Source: Acidaminococcaceae bacterium (GTDB lineage: Bacteria > Bacillota > Negativicutes > Acidaminococcales > Acidaminococcaceae). From it: a stretch of DNA of 64,000 nucleotides. The position numbers were made by a program, and so were the translations under genes. Numbering within the stretch: the stretch's first letter is position 1; each line of letters opens with the position of its first letter. Below the pieces are notes generated by a model. That model did no database searches, was not told the origin of the DNA, and was given only the letters and a program-made list of their open reading frames with translations. Location of the stretch: assembly GCA_944390935.1 (NCBI GenBank), contig CALXRU010000008.1, positions 3,148-67,147 of the forward strand, in the 5' to 3' direction. Below are positions 47,833 through 60,173 of the stretch, piece after piece.

Positions 47833-48207
47833 TTACTTTAATAAACCAGCCCTTTTGGCTAAACGCATAAAAATCCTGTCATAAGTATAAATATCGGCTT
47901 CCACCAGTTTTTTGCGGGCTACCCAGATAATCTGCACCGAATCCTTAAGCTCCGCCTTTCTGTGGCGGAAAACTTCGCGCATCAAACGTTTAACCCTGTT
48001 GCGCGTTACGGCGCTGCCCATTTTTTTACCGACGGCAAAACCGATTTTTATATTTTTTTCTTCATTAGGCAATACATACATCACAGACATCGAATCGACT
48101 ACCGACCGGCCTGTTTTGTAAACAATCTGAAAAGCATTTTTCGATTTAATTCTGTTTTCTTTTCGGAAAGAAAAATCCCTGTCTGTTTTCAAATTATGCA
48201 TACACAC
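47833..48207 (-). CDS. rnpA: Ribonuclease P protein component
   Basis: [23 protein letters not shown] (RNR motif). Confidence 0.93.
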   Translation of the reverse strand: MCMHNLKTDRDFSFRKENRIKSKNAFQIVYKTGRSVVDSMSVMYVLPNEEKNIKIGFAVGKKMGSAVTRNRVKRLMREVFRHRKAELKDSVQIIWVARKKLVEADIYTYDRIFMRLAKRAGLLK

Positions 48208-48224
48208 CTGCCCGCATTGAAAAA

Positions 48225-48248
48225 ATAGGCCGTTTGAGCGGCCTATTT
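48225..48248 (-). terminator. Hairpin/terminator between rpmH and rnpA
   Basis: ATAGGCCG-tttgag-CGGCCTAT with a T run on the minus strand. Confidence 0.6.
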
Positions 48249-48254
48249 ATAATA

Positions 48255-48389
48255 TTATGCAGACAATTTCTTTCTGCCTCTTGCACGTCTTCTTTTTAAA
48301 ACCTGACGCCCGCCCAAAGTTTTCATTCTTTCTCTGAAACCATGGGTTCTTTTCCTTCTAAGGTTATTCGGTTGAAAAGTACGCTTCAT
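48255..48389 (-). CDS. rpmH: 50S ribosomal protein L34
   Basis: Not in the ORF track (44 aa): [44 protein letters not shown]; AAGGAGG RBS. Confidence 0.96.
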   Translation of the reverse strand: MKRTFQPNNLRRKRTHGFRERMKTLGGRQVLKRRRARGRKKLSA

Positions 48390-48668
48390 GAACTGCTACC
48401 TCCTTACTCTTGACAGTTTTATCAAATTCTCTATTTTAATTGAATTGATAGCTGATAAAATTATATTAGATACTCCGTTAAGTGTCAAGGATTAAGAATA
48501 CTTTAAACGCAGGTTTTTTCAATAAATTTCCGTTTAAAACGGATTTTAGCTTAAAAATTCTTCAAAAAAACAAAGCGATTGATAATAAATGGCAATTTTG
48601 TTAAAATATATTGATAGACAAATTATAAAAATCAGCAGCGTTTAAAATAAATTTAAGCGGAAAGGACT

Positions 48669-50105
48669 ATGCTAATGAATTCCTATAATGTTTCGGAAAT
48701 ATGGGAACAACTGCTTCAACGGCTGCAAAATTCCGTCAGCGAAACGGTTTATAACACGATTATCAGCCCGGCAGTACCTTTATCGGCAGCAGGCACGGTT
48801 TTTACAATCGGCGTCAACAACAATTTTTTAAAAAAATGGCTGGAAGAAAATTACAAAAGCATTATTGAAAATCTGCTGGCCGAAATTACCGGGCAGGAAT
48901 TCAGCCTGCGAATAGAAAACCTTGATTTTAATGCAGCACCGCCGGTTAAAAATTTTACGGTAAAAGAAGAAACCTCCTATGAAAAACCGGTCAGGCAGGA
49001 AATTATCCATGAAATAAAACCTATACCTGTTACTGAAAACATCAATACTTACGAACAGCCGGCACTTTTCGAAGAACAGATGCCCAGCAACCTCAACGTC
49101 AAATATACTTTTGATACCTTTGTCATCGGCAATTCCAACCGTTTTGCCTATGCAGCGGCGCAGGCAGTTGCCGCTAAGCCGGGTATCGCCTATAATCCCC
49201 TATTTATTTACGGCGGCGTTGGCCTTGGCAAAACACATTTAATGCACGCAATCGGCAACCAAATCAAAAAAAATCAGCCCAACGCCAAGGTTCTTTATAT
49301 TTCCAGTGAAAAATTTCTTAATGAAATTGTTACTTCCATTGAAAAAAGAACCATGGAAAACTTTAAAAACAAATACCGCAAAATTGACTGCCTTATTATC
49401 GACGATATTCAGTTTTTAGAAAAAAGGGAGCGCACACTGGAAGAATTTTTCCATACCTTCAACGCCCTTTATGAAGAAAACAAGCAGATTATCATTTCCA
49501 GCGACAGACTGCCGAAGCATATCAAAAATATTGAAGACCGCCTGCGTTCCCGTTTTGAATGTGGCTTAATGGCCGATATTCAGTCGCCGGACCTGGAAAC
49601 GAGAATTGCTATCTTGCGTAAAAAAGCAGAACTGGAAGGCATCGAAATTCCTCATGATGTTATTGCGCTGGTTGCTTCCAGTATTACCACCAATATCAGG
49701 GAAATCGAAGGCGCCTATACCAAAATAGTTGCTTACGCAGGGCTGATGAATATGCCAATTACCGTCGAACTTGCCAAAAACATTCTTGACGAAATGGGAG
49801 CCACAGTCCAAAGCAGGCAGATTACCTTTGAAGATATCAATGAAGTAACTGCAAATTATTTTAAAATTAAGCCGGAAGAACTGCTTACAAAAAAACGTAC
49901 GCAAAATATCGCCACGGCAAGGCATATTGCCATGTATCTCTGCCGTGAGCTGATTGACCTTTCTTATCCGCGCATCGGTGAAATTTATGGAGGGCGTGAC
50001 CACAGCACAGTTATCCACGCTTATGATAAAATCAACGCCCAGCGGAAAAAAGACCCTTCTATTGAAAAAGCCATTGTTTTCCTGACGGAACAGCTTAATC
50101 AATAA
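48669..50105 (+). CDS. dnaA: Chromosomal replication initiator DnaA
   Basis: YNPLFIYGGVGLGKTH, IDDIQF, EEFFHTFN, RLRSRF, GGRDHSTVIHA. Confidence 0.98.
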   Translation: MLMNSYNVSEIWEQLLQRLQNSVSETVYNTIISPAVPLSAAGTVFTIGVNNNFLKKWLEENYKSIIENLLAEITGQEFSLRIENLDFNAAPPVKNFTVKEETSYEKPVRQEIIHEIKPIPVTENINTYEQPALFEEQMPSNLNVKYTFDTFVIGNSNRFAYAAAQAVAAKPGIAYNPLFIYGGVGLGKTHLMHAIGNQIKKNQPNAKVLYISSEKFLNEIVTSIEKRTMENFKNKYRKIDCLIIDDIQFLEKRERTLEEFFHTFNALYEENKQIIISSDRLPKHIKNIEDRLRSRFECGLMADIQSPDLETRIAILRKKAELEGIEIPHDVIALVASSITTNIREIEGAYTKIVAYAGLMNMPITVELAKNILDEMGATVQSRQITFEDINEVTANYFKIKPEELLTKKRTQNIATARHIAMYLCRELIDLSYPRIGEIYGGRDHSTVIHAYDKINAQRKKDPSIEKAIVFLTEQLNQ

Positions 50106-50335
50106 CTTATCAACAATTTTCTGTGGAAAATGTGTTTAAAGCTGTTGATAACATGTTAAAATAATTTAAAGAAACTTAATCAGTTGAAAATGTTTAAAGT
50201 TATTAACAGTTTTCCACACATTATCAACATGCCATCAAAATAGATTTTACAGCGCCTTTACATGTTTTCAACATTTCCACACTTACTACTATAACTACTA
50301 CTAATTATTTTAAATCTATATAGTTATTATAAAAT
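50106..50335. other. Replication origin oriC (DnaA boxes, DnaA-trios, AT-rich unwinding region)
   Basis: Boxes TTATCAACA 50107, TGTGGAAAA 50122, TGTTGATAA 50143, TTATTAACA 50200, TTTTCCACA 50210, TTATCAACA 50221, TTTTCAACA 50265, ATTTCCACA 50273, then trios TAC TAC TAT AAC TAC TAC (about 50284-50301); gene orientation diverges at dnaA. Confidence 0.88.
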
Positions 50336-50353
50336 AACGGAGGTCTGCATAAC

Positions 50354-51463
50354 ATGAAATTTACCTGTTCAACCACAAGCCTTAACAAAGCTATCCAAAC
50401 TGTACAGCGTGCCATTTCTTCCAAACCGACGGCGCCGATTTTTTCCGGTATTCACATCATTGCCGCAGAAAACATTCTGTACGTACAGGCCATGGACTTA
50501 AACATGGCTATTTCCTGCACGGTGGAAAGCAATACGAAAGCCAATGGTGAAATCGTCGTATCGGCCAAACATTTTGCCGAACTGATGCGCAAACTGCCGG
50601 GCGAAACCGTTACCATTACCAAAAACAAAGAAGAAAGAACTATTACCGTTCAGTCGGCTAAATCTGATTTTCAGCTGCTTTTAATGAATGAAGATGATTA
50701 TCCGAAATTCCCGGAATTTAATCCTGAAAAACAGATTGTACTGGAAGACGAAAAAATTAAGGAACTTATTAAAAAGACAATTTTCTCCTGTTCTACTGAT
50801 GAAGCAAGGCCGTTATTTACCGGTATTCTTGTGGAAATCGGCGAAGGCAAAATTACTTTTGTCGGTACTAACACGCACAGGTTGGCCATTAAAAGCATGC
50901 CTTATGAAGCAGGCGAAGAAATGTCGATTATCATTCCGGCACGCGTATTGGCAGAAATTGCCCGCAATTTGAACAGTGACCTGCCGCAGGAAATTAAAAT
51001 TTCGCTTTTGAATAACCAGATTATGGTGGTTATTGATCAGATAATTATTGTTTCCAGACTGATTGAAGGTAAGTTTCCGGATTACCGCCGCGTTATTCCG
51101 CCTTCTTTCAACACCAAAACTAGATTCAATGTTAAAGAGCTGGCAGGTGCCGTTGAAAGGGTGGCACTGTTCTCCAGCGACGGTGATTACAGCATTATCA
51201 AAGTAAGCGTTGGCGATATGGAAATTGTTGTTACTTCCAGCAGCCCGGATGTTGGCAAAGGACGTGAAGATATTCAGTGCCGTACGGAAGGTGAAACTTT
51301 GAACGTAGCCTTTAATTCCAAATATATTCTGGATATTTTGAAGAACCTTTCCGACGAGGAAGCTGTTATGGAGTTGAATAATTCGCTGAGCCCGGTTTGC
51401 ATTAAGCCTGTCGGCGAAGAAAATTATATTTATATTGTAACTCCGGTAAGGGTTGTGTTCTAA
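50354..51463 (+). CDS. dnaN: DNA polymerase III beta sliding clamp
   Basis: TDEARPLFTG, TNTHRLA, SRLIEGKFPDY, AFNSKY, C-terminal TPVRV. Confidence 0.96.
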   Translation: MKFTCSTTSLNKAIQTVQRAISSKPTAPIFSGIHIIAAENILYVQAMDLNMAISCTVESNTKANGEIVVSAKHFAELMRKLPGETVTITKNKEERTITVQSAKSDFQLLLMNEDDYPKFPEFNPEKQIVLEDEKIKELIKKTIFSCSTDEARPLFTGILVEIGEGKITFVGTNTHRLAIKSMPYEAGEEMSIIIPARVLAEIARNLNSDLPQEIKISLLNNQIMVVIDQIIIVSRLIEGKFPDYRRVIPPSFNTKTRFNVKELAGAVERVALFSSDGDYSIIKVSVGDMEIVVTSSSPDVGKGREDIQCRTEGETLNVAFNSKYILDILKNLSDEEAVMELNNSLSPVCIKPVGEENYIYIVTPVRVVF

Positions 51464-51464
51464 A

Positions 51465-51689
51465 ATGCAAAAATTAAAAATACAGATTGAAACCGAATTT
51501 ATTACTTTAACCAATCTTTTAAAATTTGCCGGTGTGGTAATGAGCGGCGGGCAGGCGCATGAGCTGATTGAAGAAGGGCTTGTGAGCCTGAACGGGCATC
51601 CTGTCAGCGAAAAGCGTAAAAAAATCCGCGCCGGCGATGTAGTTAAAGTTAAGGATTTGGCTGAAATTACCGTAGAAAATGAAAATTAA
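51465..51689 (+). CDS. yaaA: S4 domain RNA-binding protein YaaA
   Basis: EFITLTNLLK...SGGQA...VSLNG...KRKKIRAGD; conserved position. Confidence 0.88.
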   Translation: MQKLKIQIETEFITLTNLLKFAGVVMSGGQAHELIEEGLVSLNGHPVSEKRKKIRAGDVVKVKDLAEITVENEN

Positions 51690-52809
51690 CAGCCTTTATC
51701 TGCATAATTTCAGAAATTATAGCCAATGCGCTTTGCAGTTTCCGGCGATGGTTAATATTTTTTATGGCAAAAATGCGCAGGGAAAAACCAATCTGCTGGA
51801 GGCTTTGTTTTATGCTGCTTTTGGCATGTCGCACAGAACTTCGCAGGAGGATGACCTGTTTGGCGTAGGCAGGCGCGAACTGGCGGTAAAAGTTGATTTT
51901 ACTAGCTTTGATGCTGATTATGATATAAAAATCAAGCGTTATGAGCAGCACGGGCGGATAAAAAAAGAGCTGCTGCTTGATAATGTCAGCATTAAAGCTA
52001 AAGAACATTACGGTACATTGAATACGGTGATGTTTTCACCGGAGGATTTACAGCTGATTAAGGGTGAACCTCAGCTGCGCCGCCGCTTTTTTGATATGCA
52101 GATTGCACAGACCGATAAGGCTTATTATGAATTGTTGGTTAAATATAACCGTCTGCTTTTGCAGCGCAACAAGCTGTTAAAAGCTATCCGCGATGAAGGC
52201 AGTGGCAAGGAGCAGCTTGGCTTATGGGATAATGAGCTTTGTACTTCGGCGGCGTTAATTGTGCGTAAAAGAATGGCAGCATTAGATAAATTAAGGGCTA
52301 TTGCCAGTGGTATTTATGCTTCCATTGCCGGCAGCGGCGAAGAACTTGAAATAAAATACGGCTTAAAAACCAGCGGCGATTTTATTTTAGAGCAGGAAGA
52401 TAAAAGCGAAGCTGATTGGAAAGATTTTTATTTACAGGAACTTAAAGAGCGCCAGGCTTTGGATATTATGCGCGGTAATACCAGTATCGGCCCGCACCGC
52501 GATGATTTATTTTTTTATGTCAACGGCAGGCTGTTAAAGGCCTTTGGTTCGCAGGGGCAGCAGCGCAGTGCGGCACTTGCTTTAAAACTGGCGCAGCTGG
52601 AATATGTGAAAAATGCCGTGGGCGAATATCCCGTTTTGCTGCTTGATGATGTTATGAGCGAGCTTGACGCCGACCGCCGCACACATTTGCTGAAATTTAT
52701 CGACGGCAGGGTGCAGACTTTTATTACGGTTAATGATAAGCATTTGATTCCTGATTTGAATAATAACGCTTATTTTTATATTGAGAACGGAAAGGTAACG
52801 CAGGGCTGA
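51679..52809 (+). CDS. recF: DNA replication/repair protein RecF
   Basis: NFRNY, GKNAQGKTN, GPHRDD, GSQGQQRS, LLLDDVMSELD. Confidence 0.97.
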   Translation: MKINSLYLHNFRNYSQCALQFPAMVNIFYGKNAQGKTNLLEALFYAAFGMSHRTSQEDDLFGVGRRELAVKVDFTSFDADYDIKIKRYEQHGRIKKELLLDNVSIKAKEHYGTLNTVMFSPEDLQLIKGEPQLRRRFFDMQIAQTDKAYYELLVKYNRLLLQRNKLLKAIRDEGSGKEQLGLWDNELCTSAALIVRKRMAALDKLRAIASGIYASIAGSGEELEIKYGLKTSGDFILEQEDKSEADWKDFYLQELKERQALDIMRGNTSIGPHRDDLFFYVNGRLLKAFGSQGQQRSAALALKLAQLEYVKNAVGEYPVLLLDDVMSELDADRRTHLLKFIDGRVQTFITVNDKHLIPDLNNNAYFYIENGKVTQG

Positions 52810-53621
52810 TGGAAAATGTTGAGCAGATTTTACTGAATATGCTGCCGGGTAAGGAAGAAAAAGAATCTTACCTTGTTTTTTACTTGCAAAGCCGCTGGAA
52901 TAATATCTGCGGTGAAAACGTCGCTAAACATTCCAAACCGGTACAGATTGAAAATAAAGTCCTGTATATCAATACCGACAGTTCTGTGTGGTCAAATCAT
53001 TTGCTGCTGATGAAAAAGCAGTTTTTAAAAAATATCAACGGCGCGTTAAAAAAACGTGCAGTAAGTGATTTAAAATTTTTTAACGGCAGCGTTGATAATT
53101 TATTTTTAAAAAATGCCGGCGCTGATGAAAAGCCTGCAAAGGTTATTTTAGATAAAGATGAGCTTGCAAAGATAAAAAATCTGACCGGCAATATAAAAAA
53201 TGAAGGTTTACAGCAAAGTTTGATTTCTTTTAAAGCTGCTTCTGCCAAAAGAGAAAAGTTTTTAAAGCAGCACGGTGCGGAAAAATGCAGTAAATGCGGT
53301 GCTGTTATTAACGGCAGTGGCAAATTATGCAATGTCTGCGCGCGTTACGAAAGAGAAAAGCAGCATGACGCTGTGGTTAAATTTTTGTTGACGGAGCCGT
53401 GGTCAGATTACGAAAACTGTAAAAAAACGCTGAATTGTGATAAAATATTATACGATAGCGTTAAAAACAACTTAAAACAGCATTATTACGCCAAAGTTGC
53501 CAATAATACGGCGACAACGGCTGATGAGATGCTGGCAGTAATGTTAAAAACAGGCAAAACGCCTGCGTTGATTGACGATAAAACCTATCAGAATGTTTTA
53601 GCCAATTTGCGGAGGAAATAA
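52809..53621 (+). CDS. DciA (DUF721) family helicase-loader-like protein with C-terminal Zn-ribbon extension
   Basis: W..ICGENVAKHSKP....KVLYINTDSSVWSNHL.......LKNIN DUF721 pattern; CSKCG...LCNVC; located after recF. Confidence 0.72.
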   Translation: MENVEQILLNMLPGKEEKESYLVFYLQSRWNNICGENVAKHSKPVQIENKVLYINTDSSVWSNHLLLMKKQFLKNINGALKKRAVSDLKFFNGSVDNLFLKNAGADEKPAKVILDKDELAKIKNLTGNIKNEGLQQSLISFKAASAKREKFLKQHGAEKCSKCGAVINGSGKLCNVCARYEREKQHDAVVKFLLTEPWSDYENCKKTLNCDKILYDSVKNNLKQHYYAKVANNTATTADEMLAVMLKTGKTPALIDDKTYQNVLANLRRK

Positions 53622-53622
53622 G

Positions 53623-55838
<2,216 letters not shown>

Positions 55839-55850
55839 TTGGGTGAAAGC

Positions 55851-56150
55851 ATGAAAATCAGAAAAAATTTATCCGATGAGGATATGTTAAAGGGCTACGA
55901 AGAAGAAGTAAGCTTTGAAAACGCTATTTACGGCGATGAGCCCATTAAAAATAAAAAATTAAAAACCGCTAAAAAAGCGGACAGCAAGGAGATTTTACTG
56001 CCGGACGAAGCTTTGGCAAAATTAAACCGTTATTTACTGGAAATCAGCATGGACTGGTTTAAAAATACCAAGGGTGAAGCCGACTGGAAAGTTTATAAAG
56101 AGGACGGGCAGATTATTATTAAACCTGCCGCTGCTAAAAAGAAAGCCTGA
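55851..56150 (+). CDS. Hypothetical protein (99 aa, charged)
   Basis: ATG 13 nt after the gyrB stop; TGATG coupling to the next gene. Confidence 0.65.
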   Translation: MKIRKNLSDEDMLKGYEEEVSFENAIYGDEPIKNKKLKTAKKADSKEILLPDEALAKLNRYLLEISMDWFKNTKGEADWKVYKEDGQIIIKPAAAKKKA

Positions 56151-56863
56151 TGGAAATTGCATTAAGCCTGCCGCAGGGCAGGTTTGTTATAAAAAATTGT
56201 GAAGAATGCGGTAATGATTTTATTGTTGCCGTTGCCGGCGGGCGCAAACCTGATTTAAACTGGTTTAAAGCTGCCGCTGCAGGTAAAAAAGTTTACTGCG
56301 CCGATAAGGGCATTGAAATATGCCTTGATGCATGCATGAAGCCTGAACTGTTATGCGGCGACGCCGATAGTGCCGGTAAGGATTACTTACAGCTGGCGCA
56401 GCAGCAAAATATAAAAATTGTTCAGTTTAATCCTGCCAAGGATGATACGGATTTGCAGCTTTTGCTGACCATGCTGCCGCAAAAAGCGCCGCTTTTAATA
56501 ACAGGCATCTGGGGCGGCAGGTTCGACCATCTTTACAGCAATGTGTTTTCGTTGCTGGCATATAAACAAAAAAGCGGCGTGCCCGTAATAATGGCTGACG
56601 AAGCAGAAGTTATGGTGCTGCTTACATTTGGCGAAAGCCTTGAATTTATACCAAAGCAGGATTTTACGGCGCTTTCATTACTGCCGCTTACCGACAGTAA
56701 AGTCAGCATCAGCGGCGTAAGGTGGCCTTTGGAAAATGCACTGCTTTTACAGAATAACCCCTATGCCGTCAGCAATGAAATTACGGCAGATGTTGTAAAA
56801 GTAAAATGCCACGGCGGCTGCACCGGTTTTTATTTAAAAACTGCCGAATGCGAACTGCCGTAA
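56150..56863 (+). CDS. thiN: Thiamine pyrophosphokinase
   Basis: CADKG, GDADS, KDDTD, GGRFDH, GVRWPL, AVSNE. Confidence 0.88.
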   Translation: MEIALSLPQGRFVIKNCEECGNDFIVAVAGGRKPDLNWFKAAAAGKKVYCADKGIEICLDACMKPELLCGDADSAGKDYLQLAQQQNIKIVQFNPAKDDTDLQLLLTMLPQKAPLLITGIWGGRFDHLYSNVFSLLAYKQKSGVPVIMADEAEVMVLLTFGESLEFIPKQDFTALSLLPLTDSKVSISGVRWPLENALLLQNNPYAVSNEITADVVKVKCHGGCTGFYLKTAECELP

Positions 56864-56879
56864 GAGGTATTTATAAAAA

Positions 56880-57647
56880 ATGGAAAGTCTTGATTTATTC
56901 AATATAGTTTTGTTTGTGGTTACCGGTTTTGTCGCCGCGTTTATTGATTCCACAGTCGGCGGCGGCGGGCTGATTTCCGTACCGGCGCTGTTAAGCTCGG
57001 GCCTGCCGGTAAGCATGGTGCTTGGCACCAACAAACTGGCGGCAAGCATGGGCGCGGTTACAAGCGTAATTTCCTTCTGGCGTTCCGGCCATATTAACAA
57101 AAAGCTGGTTATTTCGCTGGTACCGCTGTCGGTTATCGGTTCTGTGTGTGGTGCTTATACGGTGCATTTGTTGCCGCAGGATTTTATGCGCAAGCTGGTA
57201 GTCGCTATGCTGGTGCTGATTGCCCTTTATACTTACCAACATAAGGATTGGGGCAGTGTTAATGGTAAAACCGAGTTCAGCAAATTATCGCTGGCAGGCG
57301 CTTTTGTACTGGCGCTTGTGATGGGTTTTTACGATGGCTTTTTCGGGCCGGGCACAGGCACATTTTTAATTTTCGGTTTTTTATTTCTGGGCTGCGATTT
57401 TGTTACGGCGGCCGGCAACGGCAAGGCGCTGAACACAGCCAGTAATTTAAGCGCGCTGGCGACCTTTATTTATAACGGGTCGGTAGTGTGGCTGTACGGC
57501 ATCATCATGGGCATAAGCATGATGGTTGGCGCTTATTTTGGCACGCGCATGGCCATAAAGCACGGCGCGGCTTATGTAAGGCCGCTGTTTTTAACGGTTA
57601 CAACGCTTTTAATAGGCAAACAGATATATGATATTTTCTTTAATTAA
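56880..57647 (+). CDS. TauE/SafE (TSUP) family transporter
   Basis: IDSTVGGGGLI, LGTNK, GFYDGFFGPGTG. Confidence 0.9.
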   Translation: MESLDLFNIVLFVVTGFVAAFIDSTVGGGGLISVPALLSSGLPVSMVLGTNKLAASMGAVTSVISFWRSGHINKKLVISLVPLSVIGSVCGAYTVHLLPQDFMRKLVVAMLVLIALYTYQHKDWGSVNGKTEFSKLSLAGAFVLALVMGFYDGFFGPGTGTFLIFGFLFLGCDFVTAAGNGKALNTASNLSALATFIYNGSVVWLYGIIMGISMMVGAYFGTRMAIKHGAAYVRPLFLTVTTLLIGKQIYDIFFN

Positions 57648-57663
57648 GGGTTGAGGTGATATT

Positions 57664-60111
57664 GTGGATTTAGAGACAGGAGCAGGCAAGGTCTTACCGG
57701 TCTATATCGAAGAAGAAATGCAGAAATCGTATATTGATTATGCGATGAGCGTTATTGTGCAAAGGGCACTGCCCGATGTGCGCGACGGTTTAAAACCTGT
57801 ACACAGGCGTATTCTTTACGCTATGCAGGAAGCGGGCATGGCTTCCAACAAGCCGTATAAAAAATCTGCCCGTATCGTCGGTGAAGTTTTAGGTAAATAT
57901 CATCCTCACGGTGATACTGCCGTTTACGACGCCATTGTACGTCTGGCGCAGGATTTTTCCACCCGTTACCTGATGGTTGACGGCCACGGCAACTTCGGCA
58001 GCGTGGACGGTGACAGCGCGGCAGCAATGCGTTACACTGAAGTGCGCATGACCAAAATTGCCGAAGTTATGCTGGAAGATATTGAAAAGGAAACCGTCGA
58101 TTTTGTACCGAACTATGATGAATCGTTAAAAGAGCCGAGCGTACTGCCTTCCAAAGTACCGGCGCTTTTAATCAACGGCAGTGCCGGCATCGCCGTCGGC
58201 ATGGCAACCAATATCCCGCCGCATAATTTGGGCGAGGTTGTGGACGGCCTTGTAATGTTGATTGATAATCCCGATGTGGAAATTCCTCAGCTGATGACTG
58301 CCATTAAAGGTCCGGATTTTCCGACCGGAGCCATTATCCTTGGTACAGAAGGCATTAAAAACGCTTACAATACCGGCCGCGGCATTGTTAAAATCCGCGC
58401 GCGCGCCGAAATTGAACCGATGCAGAAGGGCAAGCACCGCATTGTGGTCAGCGAAATTCCGTATCAGGTCAACAAGGCACGCCTGATTGAAAGCATTGCG
58501 CAGTTAGTTAAGGACGGCGTTATTGAAGGCATTACCGATTTGCGCGACGAATCGGACCGCCGCGGTATGCGTGTTGTTATCGAGCTTAAGAGCGACGCCG
58601 TGCCGGACGTTGTTTTGAATCAGCTTTACAAGCATACGCAGCTGCAGACCAGCTTCGGCATTATTATGCTGGCACTGGTTAACGGGCATCCGCGCGTGCT
58701 GAATTTAAAACAGATTTTAAATTATTACCTTGACCACCAGAAGGATGTTATTACCCGCCGTACCCGTTATGAACTGGGCAAGGCGAAAGAGCGCGCCCAC
58801 ATTTTGGAGGGTTTGAAGATTGCGCTTGACCATCTGGACGAGGTAATCAGCACTATCCGCAACAGCGCCAACGCCGATACGGCAAGAGCCGCTTTGATGG
58901 AAAAATTTGCGCTGAGCCAGCGCCAAGCACAGGCTATTTTGGATATGCGCCTGCAGCGCCTGACCGGTTTGGAACGCAAAAAGATTGACGATGAATATAT
59001 CGACGTTTTGGAAACGATTGACTGGCTGGAGAGCGTTTTGGCAGACGAACACAAGGTTTTGGGCATTATAAAGGAAGACCTGCTGGAAATGAAGAAGAAG
59101 TTCGGCGACGCACGCCGCACGGAACTTTCGGTAGATACTTCCGATATGGATATCGAAGACCTGATTGCTGAGGAAGATATTGTTATTACCATCAGCCATC
59201 AGGGTTATATCAAACGCCAGACGCTGGATAACTTCCGCAGCCAGAAGCGCGGCGGTATGGGCAAAACCGGCGGCAGCGGCAAAAAGAACGACGACTGCGC
59301 CGAGCATTTGTTCCTTTCTACCACGCACCATAATATTCTGTTCTTTACCAATAAGGGCAGGGTTTACCGCCAGAAGGGTTACGAAATCCCCGAAGCAGGC
59401 CGCACTGCCAAAGGCACGGCAATTATCAACCTGCTGCCGATTGAGCAGGGAGAAAAGATAACGGCGGTTATCCCGGTTAAGGAATTTAAAGAAGACCAGT
59501 TTATGTTTATGGCAACCAATAAGGGCACGGTTAAAAAGACCAATCTGAACGACTTTAACAGTGCGCGTAAAGCCGGGCTGATTGCCATGACGTTGGACGA
59601 CAACGAAGAACTTATCGGCGTTGAGCTGACCGACGGCAACAGCGAGATTGTACTGGCAACGCGCCGCGGCCTCGCTATCCGTTTTGACGAGCAGGATGTG
59701 CGTCCGATGGGACGTACTGCACACGGCGTGCGCGGCATCCAGCTGGGCTTTGACGATGAGGTTGTTGCCATGGACAGCGTAACCGGCGAAAACGAAGAAG
59801 TTTTGACGGCTACAGAAGAAGGCCTCGGCAAACGTACGGCGGTAAGCGAATACCGCAAGCAGACCCGCGGCGGCAAGGGTGTTATCAACATTAAGGTAAC
59901 GGAAAAAACCGGCGCCGTTGTAGGCATGAAGGTTATCAACCCCGAACAGGAAATTTTGCTGATTACCGCAGCGGGCATCATCATCCGCATCGACGGCGAA
60001 GGCATCAGCCAGTTTGGGCGCAACGCGCAGGGCGTTAAGCTGATGACCCTGAGCGAAGGCGATAAGGTTGTTTCGCTGGCGGCCGTACAGCACGAAGACG
60101 AAGAAGAATAA
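57664..60111 (+). CDS. gyrA: DNA gyrase subunit A
   Basis: [29 protein letters not shown], GyrA-box QKRGGMG, C-terminal pinwheel repeats. Confidence 0.98.
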   Translation: MDLETGAGKVLPVYIEEEMQKSYIDYAMSVIVQRALPDVRDGLKPVHRRILYAMQEAGMASNKPYKKSARIVGEVLGKYHPHGDTAVYDAIVRLAQDFSTRYLMVDGHGNFGSVDGDSAAAMRYTEVRMTKIAEVMLEDIEKETVDFVPNYDESLKEPSVLPSKVPALLINGSAGIAVGMATNIPPHNLGEVVDGLVMLIDNPDVEIPQLMTAIKGPDFPTGAIILGTEGIKNAYNTGRGIVKIRARAEIEPMQKGKHRIVVSEIPYQVNKARLIESIAQLVKDGVIEGITDLRDESDRRGMRVVIELKSDAVPDVVLNQLYKHTQLQTSFGIIMLALVNGHPRVLNLKQILNYYLDHQKDVITRRTRYELGKAKERAHILEGLKIALDHLDEVISTIRNSANADTARAALMEKFALSQRQAQAILDMRLQRLTGLERKKIDDEYIDVLETIDWLESVLADEHKVLGIIKEDLLEMKKKFGDARRTELSVDTSDMDIEDLIAEEDIVITISHQGYIKRQTLDNFRSQKRGGMGKTGGSGKKNDDCAEHLFLSTTHHNILFFTNKGRVYRQKGYEIPEAGRTAKGTAIINLLPIEQGEKITAVIPVKEFKEDQFMFMATNKGTVKKTNLNDFNSARKAGLIAMTLDDNEELIGVELTDGNSEIVLATRRGLAIRFDEQDVRPMGRTAHGVRGIQLGFDDEVVAMDSVTGENEEVLTATEEGLGKRTAVSEYRKQTRGGKGVINIKVTEKTGAVVGMKVINPEQEILLITAAGIIIRIDGEGISQFGRNAQGVKLMTLSEGDKVVSLAAVQHEDEEE

Positions 60112-60121
60112 AATCTTAAAT

Positions 60122-60155
60122 AAAAAATCCGCATTGGTTTTCAATGCGGATTTTT
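60122..60155. terminator. Bidirectional terminator
   Basis: AAAAATCCGCATTG-gtttt-CAATGCGGATTTTT. Confidence 0.8.
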
Positions 60156-60173
60156 GTTTGCAATTTTTAAATT

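Noticed and set aside
50281-50305. TAC/TAT short tandem repeat as a microsatellite
   Set aside because: Better explained as DnaA-trios next to the last DnaA box.
55839-56150. TPP riboswitch before thiN
   Set aside because: The region is an ORF coupled to thiN and has no TPP aptamer core.
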